A stretch of DNA of 64,000 nucleotides from a virus (IMGVR_UViG_3300044557_000292:195388-259387), one strand, 5' to 3'; numbered from the stretch's first letter, positions 1 to 10,257 are shown. Notes: generated from the letters alone by a model not told the origin. Translations and numbers: made by a program.

Positions 1-156
1 CCTGTTGGTAGGTTGCGTCTCACCAGTAGGGGCGTCTGACGGTTCAACAACTGGGTCTGTCTTACTCGCGAGATCCACACGCCTATCATTAGTTCTCGCA
101 TCAGCGTCATGACTGTCATCATGAACAGCATGAGACCTATCAAATAGACTCGCCAT
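1..156 (-). CDS. Hypothetical protein, 5' part (runs off the window start)
   Basis: ATG at 156 with GGAGG RBS at ~163-167. The frame is open to base 1 (MASLFDRSHAVHDD...). ATATCTTA motif upstream at 200-207. Confidence 0.6.
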   Translation of the reverse strand, partial: MASLFDRSHAVHDDSHDADARTNDRRVDLASKTDPVVEPSDAPTGETQPTNR

Positions 157-338
157 CAATTACCTCCGAATAGACCCATCAATCTCAATCTAACATACAT
201 AAGATATCATAGCCCATCATGGGAACGCAATGATCGCAATAAATCTATAATCAGACAATCAGGAATGCGTGGTATCGTGTCTTAACTATCTTCATTTAAT
301 GAAGCGTCTTGTTACTGGGAATAGGGTGATATGTTGGG

Positions 339-1409
339 TCACCCGATGATCCTTCTGATCTGGTATCCGCCACTGAACGCCCATTGCACGGGCGTGACGA
401 CCGTCCCCGCTTCTGGGTTCAGGGCGTTCACGACCGTCCCATTGCCAATATAGATTGCCGCGTGAGAATCATTCGCAATGACGTCCCCAGGCCGCGCGTC
501 TGTTATAGACGCGACTGCGTTCCCTGCCTGGGCCTGATTCCCAGAGTAGTGGGGCAGGCTAACCCCGAACTGGGAATAAACGTACATGACATAGCCGCTG
601 CAATCCCATCCCTGTGGAGTCGAGCCACCCCATACGTAGGGCCTTCCAATGAACTGCATGGCATAATCTACCACATCTTCACCCGTCTTACCATTCGAAG
701 GCTTGATCACCCCGGCGTTCGGAGCAGATGCTGACATCACGGGCGCTGACGAGGCTGTATACTGCGGCGCCCTCGTCTCCTCGACGTCCTCCTCAACCGC
801 GTCAGCAGCAGCATCAATCTTCTTCCTGAGGCCATCGAGATCCTCCACTGACGCCTGCTCGTTGTTCGTGAGATCAGGCGCTTGATCTAACAGTGTCTTC
901 AATGCTGACCTGTGCTCGTCTGTAGACACATCGGCGGTGGAGGCATAGAGCGACTTACCGTTCTTCACGCTGGAATTGAGAGCGTTGACGGCAGAATTCT
1001 GATCTGTTGACCTCGAGTATGGCATGTTCATGCTCCCAATACCGCCCCAATCGCCATCAACGTCCGTCGATATGGACTCACGGAACGCTGATCTACTCAC
1101 CTTGGAAGCATTAGCATCACGATCAGCACTAGACGCTGATCGAAACGATCTTGATGAGACTACCGCCCCATCAATCGTATTAATCCTTGAATCATTATTA
1201 GAAGCACCGCTGGCAGTCTGGACGCTGTATCCTATGACTGCCGACAAGATGAGGACGGGTGCGATCATGATCGACACCACGCTCTTGATTGAGATTGGAT
1301 CAATCCTAGCATGATCACCCATGAATCCTACAGATGGTCTTCCATCATGATTAATACGCGATGACCTCTTCCAGAATCGTGACGAGATTCTCCTCGCGTG
1401 ATCAGACAT
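339..1409 (-). CDS. NlpC/P60 (C40) peptidoglycan endopeptidase with N-terminal membrane anchor; probable conjugative cell-wall hydrolase
   Basis: C-terminal PYVWGG..GWDCSG...LPHYS...HAAIYIGNG motifs and a hydrophobic N-terminal segment. Start moved to ATG 1409, which follows an AGGAGG RBS. Confidence 0.9.
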   Translation of the reverse strand: MSDHARRISSRFWKRSSRINHDGRPSVGFMGDHARIDPISIKSVVSIMIAPVLILSAVIGYSVQTASGASNNDSRINTIDGAVVSSRSFRSASSADRDANASKVSRSAFRESISTDVDGDWGGIGSMNMPYSRSTDQNSAVNALNSSVKNGKSLYASTADVSTDEHRSALKTLLDQAPDLTNNEQASVEDLDGLRKKIDAAADAVEEDVEETRAPQYTASSAPVMSASAPNAGVIKPSNGKTGEDVVDYAMQFIGRPYVWGGSTPQGWDCSGYVMYVYSQFGVSLPHYSGNQAQAGNAVASITDARPGDVIANDSHAAIYIGNGTVVNALNPEAGTVVTPVQWAFSGGYQIRRIIG

Positions 1410-1542
1410 AATCCTCCTCATCAATGGAATCAGCGTCGCATTGCAGACAAGATCCACACCGTCAGCACGATGATTCCGTTCTTACACGTTAATCTTCATT
1501 ATTAAGATATAGGGTCGCCGGAATCCTTCACCTATTATTCAC

Positions 1543-1686
1543 TTGATGAACCCAGCTCCTAGGGGCGGGGTTCCTGTCCAGCGGTGACTGGCGGCCACCC
1601 AGTCTTGCATACCTCAAGCGTTGATTACCGTGTACCCTACGATAGTTTTCTATGAGTCATGCGTTCGGCCAAACGCAATCCCTCCA
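1543..1686 (-). ncRNA. Putative orphan IS200/IS605/IS607 TnpB omega-RNA (reRNA) / transposon right-end sequence
   Basis: Minus strand reads ACTATCGTAGGGTACACGGTAATCAACGCTTGAGG...GACTGGGTGGCCGCCAGTC...CAGGAACCCCGCCCCTAGGAGCTGGGTTCATCAA. This has the layout of tnpB 3'/right-end RNAs, with a subterminal hairpin (1549-1572) and a TCAA end. No tnpB ORF is adjacent. Confidence 0.6.
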
Positions 1687-1693
1687 TTAACAT

Positions 1694-1722
1694 ATTTTAC
1701 CACGCATCGACGTCTAATGCAA
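1694..1722 (-). promoter_or_regulatory. Sigma70-type promoter upstream of the omega-RNA-like sequence
   Basis: Minus strand TTGCAT-17 bp-TAAAAT, with TG just upstream of the -10 (extended -10). Confidence 0.6.
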
Positions 1723-1801
1723 TTGTTTAACGCACCGCGCCATCATCGATGAAGAAGGGAGGGGGTACGATGCTATCTGGTAACTCCACGCGGGAATCCT
1801 A

Positions 1802-4483
1802 TTATGATAAGATGTCCTGATCCTCCTTGATGTCAAAATACCTGCCCGCATCTTCAACCGCACGCTCAGAATCAGTGCTCTTCAAGATGCTCTTCGCCAC
1901 CATCCTCGCCGGAGCAATCCACTTCGCATCCCTCACCAGGTTAGCGAACATGAGGTCACTGCGGCCAGACTGCGCCGTACCGAAGAGGGATCCCGTCCCC
2001 CTGTTCTTCAAGTCGGTCTTGGACAGCGTCCATCCGTCAAGCGTATCGCACATGGCCTGCATCCTTGATGACCCGGCATCGTTGAACGGCATGGCCACGA
2101 GCCAGCACTTGCTCGGAAGGTCACTCCTCCCGATACGGCCACGAATCTGGTGGAGTGACGCTAGACCAAACCTGTTCGCGTCCAGTATCACCATTCTCGT
2201 GGCAAGCTCACAGGACACGCCAACCTCAACCACGCTAGACGCCACGAGCACACTAATCCTACCATCCTTGAACCCAGTAATGGCCGCATCCTGCTTGTCC
2301 TTAACCTGCCCACCGTACACGGACGCTATTGCCACGTCCCTTGGGAATACCGCCTCCAACTCCTTGGCCGTCTTCCTCACTGACGCGGCGTCAATCTTCT
2401 CGGAGTCAGATACCATCGGACAGACGATGAATGCACCGTGACCGCGCCTCACCTCGGAAAGCACATCAGACCAGATCTCACTCCCCCTATCCTCAACGAC
2501 AGACGCGCCCTTCTTCCTCACCCAGACCGTCTTGATGGGCTGTCTTCCAGCGGGGAGCTCGTCAAGCGCGAGGTACTCCACGTCACCGTAGTACACCTGG
2601 GCCATCGAACGTGGTATAGGCGTGGCCGTCTGCATGAGGAAGTCGGGGGTCTTACCATCTGTCCTCACGTCAAGGAGTCGTGACCTCTGAGCTGCCCCAA
2701 ACTTGTGCTGTTCATCCACGCCAACGAAGGACAGGTCATGGTACTCAAGATTAAGAACGGAATGCGTGCCGAAGATAAGATTCGTCGAGCCATCCCGTAC
2801 TGATTCTATAGTCTCATTACGACGCTTCGTTGACCCCTTGCCCTTATAGCCAGCATGAAGAACAGGATGGATCTTCATGCTGGCCTCATCTGGCATTGAC
2901 GACAGTATCTTCATGAACACCTCGTACAGCTGGGTGGCGAGGATCTCCGTTGGAGCACAGATCACCGCCTGATGGCCGGCATTGACCGCGTTCAGAGCGG
3001 CAAGATGCATGACTGTCGTCTTCCCTGACCCCACGTCGCCGACGAGGAGCGCGTGGAGTGGCTTGTCCGAATCCATCCCCCTCAGAATGGCAGCATCTGC
3101 CCTCTCCTGCGCTCCCGTGAGATGATAGGGAAGACTCCCAATATAGGAATTCGTAAGCGTATGATCGCTGGAGTTCCGTACTCCTCCATGATGCTCTGAC
3201 CCCCTCCTATGGGCTTCAATCCACACGAGAAGCTGTACGATCTCGCAGAACGCTAACGCTTTCTCAGCGGCACTCCTACCGTTCGTGTCACGGGGGAAGT
3301 GCATGGTCTTTATGGCCTTACCATAAGACACGTCTGTGATTCCATTGGCCTTGAGGGCTGGATCCGCCCAGCGTGGACCCCTGAACTCATCCCCTAGACG
3401 AGACATAAGTTCTTGCTCACAGTGCACGAGGATCATTGAGGACAAGGCTGCCCTCCCGGGCGTGAAGTACACCGGCATGATCGGCATGACCCCAGCTGCC
3501 TCCACCGGGTCGACCTGCGGTTGGACGATCTGGTCGACCGTGAATCCCCTGGAGGCGTGCCACGGCTTGTACTGCCCGGTGACTATCACCTCGTCACCGG
3601 GCTTATAATGCTCCTCGAACCATCTACCAGCATTGAAGAATGAGCATTGGATATGAGCGCCAAGCTTGTCCTCGACCACCATGACGGAGAGATGGGTAGA
3701 CGGATGCTTCCATTCTGCAACCATTCCAACGATCGTCGCCGTCTCCCCCTCGATCAAATCACGAACGTCCTGAGGATTTGAGCGATCAATGTACCTTCTC
3801 GGTCGTATCATGATGAGATCATACAGGGAGTTGATCCCCATGATCTTCAGCTTGTCCTGAATACTCGCGCGATTATCCCTTCGGAGTGACCAGGACTGGA
3901 TGTTAGACCTCACGATCCTGAGAGCGCTGGTCGGTATCATCCTCAATGATTCCGCGGAGCCGTCATATGGCTGCGGTATGGGCTCATGGACCACGTCGTA
4001 TAGAGCATCACTCACGGTGAACCTTAGATTGCGTGGTAGTGTCTCGTTCAATGCGAGAAGATCGGGGGCAGACGTGATTGGCAGCGTCCACGCTCCATCA
4101 CCCCTAGGAGTCGCATAGGTTGACCTCATGATCTTCCTGTACCGCTCGGTCTGTGGGAACACCGCCCTCACCAGACTCTTGTCCTCATCCCAGTCAAGCT
4201 CTGCCGGGGTGTTCTTAGCAACCACCTCTTTGAGGATGGCCTTGTCTTCGTCCGAATGGTACTTCAATACGGCTCCGTTACGACGGGCCTCAGTGACCAC
4301 GTCCCTGACGGAAAGCGCTACCACCGGCGACAGTGAGAAGGAGTAATTCCATAATCCAGAGAATGCTGAATCTTCATGACAGGTTGGAATATCCCTGAGG
4401 CCAAGCCTCGATCCTATCGGCTCGGTGAGCGTTACGAAGATCTTGTTAGCCTTCCCGTCCGCCCTAATCATAATGTCAACCAT
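1802..4483 (-). CDS. recG: ATP-dependent DNA helicase RecG with an N-terminal extension
   Basis: PRRYIDR and OB-fold wedge region, GDVGSGKT, APTEILATQ, DEQHKFG, TATPIPRS, EVGV, FGLASLHQIRGRIGR, GTAQSG. Confidence 0.93.
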   Translation of the reverse strand: MVDIMIRADGKANKIFVTLTEPIGSRLGLRDIPTCHEDSAFSGLWNYSFSLSPVVALSVRDVVTEARRNGAVLKYHSDEDKAILKEVVAKNTPAELDWDEDKSLVRAVFPQTERYRKIMRSTYATPRGDGAWTLPITSAPDLLALNETLPRNLRFTVSDALYDVVHEPIPQPYDGSAESLRMIPTSALRIVRSNIQSWSLRRDNRASIQDKLKIMGINSLYDLIMIRPRRYIDRSNPQDVRDLIEGETATIVGMVAEWKHPSTHLSVMVVEDKLGAHIQCSFFNAGRWFEEHYKPGDEVIVTGQYKPWHASRGFTVDQIVQPQVDPVEAAGVMPIMPVYFTPGRAALSSMILVHCEQELMSRLGDEFRGPRWADPALKANGITDVSYGKAIKTMHFPRDTNGRSAAEKALAFCEIVQLLVWIEAHRRGSEHHGGVRNSSDHTLTNSYIGSLPYHLTGAQERADAAILRGMDSDKPLHALLVGDVGSGKTTVMHLAALNAVNAGHQAVICAPTEILATQLYEVFMKILSSMPDEASMKIHPVLHAGYKGKGSTKRRNETIESVRDGSTNLIFGTHSVLNLEYHDLSFVGVDEQHKFGAAQRSRLLDVRTDGKTPDFLMQTATPIPRSMAQVYYGDVEYLALDELPAGRQPIKTVWVRKKGASVVEDRGSEIWSDVLSEVRRGHGAFIVCPMVSDSEKIDAASVRKTAKELEAVFPRDVAIASVYGGQVKDKQDAAITGFKDGRISVLVASSVVEVGVSCELATRMVILDANRFGLASLHQIRGRIGRSDLPSKCWLVAMPFNDAGSSRMQAMCDTLDGWTLSKTDLKNRGTGSLFGTAQSGRSDLMFANLVRDAKWIAPARMVAKSILKSTDSERAVEDAGRYFDIKEDQDILS

Positions 4484-4668
4484 GAGGTTTATGGTACCAT
4501 ATCACGTTTAACTGTTGAGACCAGTTACTTTAGGCCTAGTAGCATTAGGAACTGCCTGCCACATGATGATTGCAGGTAGCATGATCGTGACAGTCGTGAT
4601 GACCGGGAGTCCAGGCGATGATGCTGTTATGAAACAATCCAGGACGTTGCGCTTCTTACGTCAGATCA

Positions 4669-5607
4669 TTAGACCAATGCTAGACCCACGCTGATCATAA
4701 GCGTGATCACGTTGTACGAGACGTGAACAAGAGTCCCAGGCCATATGGAATGGAACCATTTCCAGTCGAGAAGAGCAAGAACAGATCCGAGGACTGTCAT
4801 AGAAGTGACCACAAGCGCGGTGGAAGCGCCAGCACCGGGGATGTGTATCAGGGAGAATAGAAGACCTGAGGTGATGATCATCATGACCTCGCGGGCGAGT
4901 GTCCTCCTCCTACTCCCATTACGATCATACCCGTAGGCGAGCGTCGAGTTCATGAGCTCATTCAGAATGAGACCACGGAACACAACCTCCTCCAGTAAGG
5001 GCGCAATGACCGTGACGATGATGATCGTGATTACAGTCCATACCGGCCATATAGCCCTGCCCTCCACAAGATCGACGATCAATCCCGTGAACGTAATCGT
5101 AGATGATGAGGACGCGGAGTCATCCCCCAGAGCATGGAAGACCCATCCAATCACCTGCATGACCGCGATGAGTCCAATGCTGATCGCAATGCAGATGAGA
5201 GTCTTGATGATCCTCCTCTTCCACATCCCCGATTCTAATCCATTCATCTTCGGAATCTTCAGCATCGGATTGGCGTTCAACTTAGATCGTATGAACGGAA
5301 CGGCGAGGAGGATGGGCGCGTAGGCAAGCGCTGACGCGAGTGGACCCATGAGGATGAGGAACTCCACGACCTCGGGAGACCCGGCCTCCGATGCGTCAAA
5401 CGGTGGAGGAGTCCTCCCGCCGAGCAGGAGCCACCATACGCCCGACCCCACGAAGACCATGAGGAATTGCAGGGCTGCTCCTGCTACAATGATGAACACG
5501 ACAGATGAGGCCACGGTTCCCCAGCGGTCAACCTCACTCGAATCCATTAGGAAGTCTTTCGCCCTTCTAAGCCATAGCTGGATCGCAATGAATATCCTAG
5601 TCAGCAT
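4669..5607 (-). CDS. CPBP (CAAX/Abi) intramembrane glutamic endopeptidase
   Basis: Multi-TM protein with EEVVFRG, FSLIH and VHVSYN motifs. Start placed at ATG 5607 after a GGAGG RBS. Confidence 0.88.
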   Translation of the reverse strand: MLTRIFIAIQLWLRRAKDFLMDSSEVDRWGTVASSVVFIIVAGAALQFLMVFVGSGVWWLLLGGRTPPPFDASEAGSPEVVEFLILMGPLASALAYAPILLAVPFIRSKLNANPMLKIPKMNGLESGMWKRRIIKTLICIAISIGLIAVMQVIGWVFHALGDDSASSSSTITFTGLIVDLVEGRAIWPVWTVITIIIVTVIAPLLEEVVFRGLILNELMNSTLAYGYDRNGSRRRTLAREVMMIITSGLLFSLIHIPGAGASTALVVTSMTVLGSVLALLDWKWFHSIWPGTLVHVSYNVITLMISVGLALV

Positions 5608-5688
5608 GAGTGACCTCCCGTACCAGGCGTCATGGGGACAAGCAAGCCCATATCTGCGGTACACGCTCGCGTTAAAGTAGTCATATTC

Positions 5689-6600
5689 TTAGAGGACTGC
5701 CAGGATCATACTGCCAGTATTGTACGCGACATGCGTGAAGATACCAGGCCACAGCGTCTTCCACCTGTCCACATAGAATGACAGGATGGACCCAAGGATC
5801 CACGTGATGAGGATCGTCAGGATCGTGGCCGACGAGAATGAGAGATCTGTGGACATGATGTGGGCGAGTGCAAAGATGAGGCCAGATCCAAGGAAGGACA
5901 TGATCCTCCCCCTCCTCGTGTGGGTGAGCGCTGCCCATGACCTAGCAATCACGCCACGGAAGACGACCTCTTCCACGATTGGTATAAGCACGCCCGACAG
6001 AAGGATGAGCAGGATCTTCACCCATATGCTTCCACTCTTGACAGCATCAATGATCTCCTGGGTAGACTTATTAGACCTGGCACCTCCCCCGGAGGGTGCG
6101 ACGAGTCCGGCCAGCAGCCCAGCGCCCTGCAAGATGAGGAATATGATCACTGCCGTTCCAACGCCAATACCGAACGCCTTCAACCATGATGCCAACCTGC
6201 TGTTTCCCTTCACCCGCATTCCCCGGGCTACGGTCTTCAGGCGGATCCCCAGGCCTCCATTCCAACGAACAGCCCTCCTAATCGGAGGGACGAGCAGTAC
6301 GGCCAGGCTCATGATCGGAGTGAAGACCAGCGTCCATAGCACGGACAGTTCGAGGATGAGTGTTGATGTTCTCATTCCTCCACTAGTCGTGATGACTATT
6401 CCACTAGACCCCGTGAGCGCGCGAGACATGATGACTGCAACGATGACAGCTGGTACTGACGCGAGCACGGCCATACCAATGAAGATGACGAACGCCGCCC
6501 AGATCGAGGTCAGCCGATCCCCCCTCACCCTGATTCCAGGATCCCCATCGCGACCACGATCACTTGCTGAAGACGTCTTCTGAACTCTCGTACTACTCAC
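5689..6600 (-). CDS. CPBP (CAAX/Abi) intramembrane glutamic endopeptidase, tandem paralog
   Basis: EEVVFRG, FALAH and THVAYN motifs; multi-TM. Confidence 0.88.
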   Translation of the reverse strand: MSSTRVQKTSSASDRGRDGDPGIRVRGDRLTSIWAAFVIFIGMAVLASVPAVIVAVIMSRALTGSSGIVITTSGGMRTSTLILELSVLWTLVFTPIMSLAVLLVPPIRRAVRWNGGLGIRLKTVARGMRVKGNSRLASWLKAFGIGVGTAVIIFLILQGAGLLAGLVAPSGGGARSNKSTQEIIDAVKSGSIWVKILLILLSGVLIPIVEEVVFRGVIARSWAALTHTRRGRIMSFLGSGLIFALAHIMSTDLSFSSATILTILITWILGSILSFYVDRWKTLWPGIFTHVAYNTGSMILAVL

Positions 6601-6785
6601 CCCTCATGCCTCACCACTCCACGTGGAATCATCGTATGATTCCATAACAGATCATTACACTCATGTGTGATTAAGATATGCCCGTATCGAGTGCCATGTA
6701 AGCATGAGACTGTAATAGCAAGAGCATTAGGATAACCTGCCAGCGGCACGATGAGAAGCTCTATACCATTCTGGACCAAATGGCC

Positions 6786-9248
6786 TCAGACGATTGCCGG
6801 GTCTAAGTCCAGGTCGATCATACTGCTGCAATCAACGCCTCTAGACCAGTATGCGCTCGACTCCAGGACTGATTCCTCCACAGAACTCAAGAGGGGGGTC
6901 CTGCCATCACGGGTGGAGAGCACCTTCCCGATCTTCCTAGAATACGAGGTGATCGCGCTTGATGGCGCTTCGCCAAGATCAATCATGGCCGCCATCGCGA
7001 GGTCACGACCAAGCGCGCTCATACGAGCGTTCAGCAGGTTCCCGTCGCTCTTCCTCATAGCGTCACCAATCGACCTCACGGCCGCCCGCACTGTATCATC
7101 AACCATTGGAGAGGACGATGATGAGGACATTGGATCATCAGGAACGTGAGGAGATGACCTGCCCGAATCCCCAGGATCTGGAGGATCATTGCCCCAATCA
7201 TCCGTTTCACCGTACTCGGGGAGACTCTGTAGGAGGGCCTCGATTCCTTCGTAAGATGATCCGTTCGAGGAGGAGCGATCATTGTGGCGAGGATACGATG
7301 CCATCATCCCCTTAGACCGCTCGATCATCATCGCCCGGACACGATCGCGGATCCTCCTGAGAGCGCGTTTGACCGTCATGGATGAGACTCCAGTCATCAC
7401 GGACAGCCTGTGGTTAGACGCGCCGCCACTCGTGAGGGCGACCCTCCAGATCATCACGTCCTGCTCACGGGCCTTCACCGCGGCAGTACGAGCTCCCGCG
7501 GACAAGTTCTTCCTCCTAGTCTTATTCTGCGCGGGACTCGAGGACAGCCCGCCCTTCCTTCCATTCTCCCTGCAACGCTCACGGGCCTCAGTCCCAGCAG
7601 TGGTAGTCCCATGATAGTCAGGGCGATGCATCCTAGCGTAGTACCTCTTGACCTTACGGATGATCGAAGCGTATTCTGAAGCGTTGAACGGGTTACCATC
7701 ATCCTCCTGGACTGTAACCATGCTAGCAACGTCTTCAGGATTGCCTCCATGCCACTGGAGCCACGTGGCCACCCTGAACATGACCGTGTTCCTATAACCC
7801 TTAGGTATCGTGAGCCCGCGTATCAGCTTGGGATCAAGGGCCTTGGAATCATTGAGAAGCATGGTCAGAGCGTCATCTGAACCACTGTCATCAGACACGA
7901 CCACATCATCATCCACGCGACTGATCTTGAGGTGGACACGACCACTAGACATTGACCCCGCCGGGCACCACGACTCGTGTTCTACGAACCATGCTTTCAA
8001 TGACTGCAACGTGTAGATCCTAACCTCACCGTTAGGGATCACGATCTCACGCCTGTTCTTCCCCACACCAAGCCCGATCCAGAACGGGTTCTGACTCCTA
8101 GACCCAACGAAGCATGGGTCGCCCCCAATCAAGAACCTGAGAGTATGGGATGCCGCGCTGTACAACTTGCCCGCGCTCACGTTGCCCAGCATCCACGCGG
8201 GCACCTGCCAGCAGAACTGCGCGTGCCCGTTCGCATGATTCACGATCACCCAGGAGTACCGTGGGATAAGCCCGCCCCGGACCATCTTATCAACATGATC
8301 AAGCGAGTCATCCCTATCAACATCAATAAGAATCCCAGGATACGAGACGCTCCTAGAACCCGCGGTCCAATACCTCGAGTAGGGCGCCATGACCACAGGC
8401 TGGTAACGATCATGATACCTGACCACGCTACTCTTCCCCGTGGACAGGATCGGTATCCTCCTCCTCACCATCTTGAACGAGACGCTAACTGGATCTGACT
8501 CCTCGTTGGAGAGATCTTCAACCGTGTCAACGATCATCGCTGGGTTAGAGTACGTCTTAACGTTGTCTTCACTACCGTCTACTACCTCTGGAGTGTGGAG
8601 GAACGGGAGCGCCTCCATCGTCACTGGACCAGACCAGGAGTCAACAGATGCATGGTCGTCTAGCATTGACCTCATAACGGGATCTTCCGGTATGATCGTG
8701 ATCCCATGGTCGTCATAACGGGCAGACCATCCTTCAAGGTCAGGAACAGAGCCACCGGCCACGTTCACGATGCCAACAGTCCTGAGGATGTCGATCAGCA
8801 TCGTCCTGCCGGCGAGCACTCCAGACGAGTTCACCTGCCCTGCCACGCTACGATGAGACCAGAACCTCACGTCCACGCTGGATAAGACCCCCCATCTTCC
8901 CCTGCGGACAGCGTCATCAACGGCCATGGATAGCATTGGGTTCTGCTGGTACAGGCGCCTCATCAAGTCAACGGTGACCACATTCCTAAGATCATCTGGA
9001 ATATCATCATCCACCCAGTCCTTGAAGAGCAAGCCCCTGGCGATGCCGTCATAGAGTAGATCGTAGTCATCTTCGAATCGTTCGAGTGAGCCTACCGGGG
9101 ATGGAGACTCATTAACAGCGAGGGATTCCTTGAACCATCTGACATCAGAGGACATGGAGTTCTGCTTGGGAAGACGCGCTTTCAAGGAATCTTGATTCCT
9201 CGCCCACCAGTTGAGGAGCTCAGGGCCAGTCAGTCTCGTCACGATCAC
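6786..9248 (-). CDS. repA: Plasmid replication initiator RepA, ColE2/pAL5000-type primase (Replicase + PriCT + HTH) with long N- and C-terminal extensions
   Basis: ILIDVD...PRYSWVIVNHANGHAQFCW...GGDP.F....QNPF (Replicase core), YRNTVMF (PriCT-like), GRKGG...R, and HTH SNHRLSVMTGVSSMTVKRAL. GAGGAGGA RBS; adjacent to a repeat-rich intergenic region. Confidence 0.75.
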   Translation of the reverse strand: MIVTRLTGPELLNWWARNQDSLKARLPKQNSMSSDVRWFKESLAVNESPSPVGSLERFEDDYDLLYDGIARGLLFKDWVDDDIPDDLRNVVTVDLMRRLYQQNPMLSMAVDDAVRRGRWGVLSSVDVRFWSHRSVAGQVNSSGVLAGRTMLIDILRTVGIVNVAGGSVPDLEGWSARYDDHGITIIPEDPVMRSMLDDHASVDSWSGPVTMEALPFLHTPEVVDGSEDNVKTYSNPAMIVDTVEDLSNEESDPVSVSFKMVRRRIPILSTGKSSVVRYHDRYQPVVMAPYSRYWTAGSRSVSYPGILIDVDRDDSLDHVDKMVRGGLIPRYSWVIVNHANGHAQFCWQVPAWMLGNVSAGKLYSAASHTLRFLIGGDPCFVGSRSQNPFWIGLGVGKNRREIVIPNGEVRIYTLQSLKAWFVEHESWCPAGSMSSGRVHLKISRVDDDVVVSDDSGSDDALTMLLNDSKALDPKLIRGLTIPKGYRNTVMFRVATWLQWHGGNPEDVASMVTVQEDDGNPFNASEYASIIRKVKRYYARMHRPDYHGTTTAGTEARERCRENGRKGGLSSSPAQNKTRRKNLSAGARTAAVKAREQDVMIWRVALTSGGASNHRLSVMTGVSSMTVKRALRRIRDRVRAMMIERSKGMMASYPRHNDRSSSNGSSYEGIEALLQSLPEYGETDDWGNDPPDPGDSGRSSPHVPDDPMSSSSSSPMVDDTVRAAVRSIGDAMRKSDGNLLNARMSALGRDLAMAAMIDLGEAPSSAITSYSRKIGKVLSTRDGRTPLLSSVEESVLESSAYWSRGVDCSSMIDLDLDPAIV

Positions 9249-9259
9249 TCCTCCTCAAC

Positions 9260-10200
9260 TCCAAATCTCATCCATAGCAATGGTTTCTGCGGCATCACAG
9301 GCTATCATACCATTCTGATTCCATTATTAGGGATATTGCTATAAATCATCTAACTCATCCCGCTTACAAGCATAGTACCTCGTCGTCTGCCAGGAGTGAC
9401 GCCAGACCCCAGACCCATACCCCCATCAGGTGATGCTGGTGGGATGCGGATGAGACGCCAGCGCGGATGAGACGCCAGCATTGTGGAGACAGCAGGACAC
9501 GTATGATCGGCAATAGGATCGTCGCATGGAGGATGACGTCAGACTAGGCTTGACTCCTCATCGTGTATCGTGTGAGATGCACGCATTGGTCGGGCGATCG
9601 TGTGAGACGCCTGCGCCAGCAGTGCTATGATCCTGGGGCATGCTCTCTCACGCCACCTGCAGCGTTGCTGTCATGGGGGGTCTGCCCGTTGGGTGTGGCC
9701 TTGAAGAAGCGGGAGGCGGTAGTGCTATAATCCTAGGATATGCTTCCTCGTGTTACACTAGAAGCGTTGCTATTACGCCCTTTCCCATTTCACTCCAGGA
9801 ACATGGCATATTTTATTAATCTAACAAGATTCCGCCCATCGCGATGCCTTGAAGATGGCTTGGCCCGCTGTCTTGAGGAGAGGATGCTTGGCATGGCGTC
9901 TTGAAGATGCTTGGTGTGAGACCCCACGCCTTGGCCGGCTCGTCATGAAGATGCATGCCTTGAAGACTCTTGGATTGGCTTGGCTCGATGCCTTGAAGAA
10001 GCGGGAGGCGGCAGTGCTATAATCCTAGGATATGCTTCCTCGTGTTACACTAGAAGCGTTGCTATTACGCCCTTTCCCATTTCACTCCAGGAACATGGCA
10101 TATTTTATTAATCTAACAAGATTCCGCCCATCAAGGTGCTGGGCATCTGCCCACCCGTGTAGCTGGAGGTTCGCGGGGCTAATCGTCTGTGCCGCATTAC
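9260..10200. other. Putative replication origin / rep control region
   Basis: About 1 kb without a long ORF, upstream of rep. Contains a 143-bp direct repeat, clustered GYCTTGAAGA repeats, GAGACGCC repeats and an AT-rich patch. Confidence 0.55.
9698..10132 (+). repeat. 143-bp direct repeat (9698-9840 and 9990-10132), one mismatch; degenerate partial third copy at ~9617-9675
   Basis: GCCTTGAAGAAGCGGGAGGCGG(T/C)AGTGCTATAATCCTAGG...AAGATTCCGCCCATC read twice, 292 bp apart. Confidence 0.95.
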
Positions 10201-10211
10201 CAGACTAGAAG

Positions 10212-10257
10212 ACAGATTGAGCCCCATGATTCCATATAATCATGGGGCTCAATCTGT
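10212..10257. terminator. Perfect 20-bp inverted repeat downstream of hsp20; likely terminator
   Basis: ACAGATTGAGCCCCATGATT-ccatat-AATCATGGGGCTCAATCTGT. Confidence 0.75.

Noticed and set aside
10212-10257. 20-bp perfect inverted repeat as a MITE or hairpin telomere
   Set aside because: Single copy, located just downstream of the hsp20 stop; a terminator is the simpler explanation.
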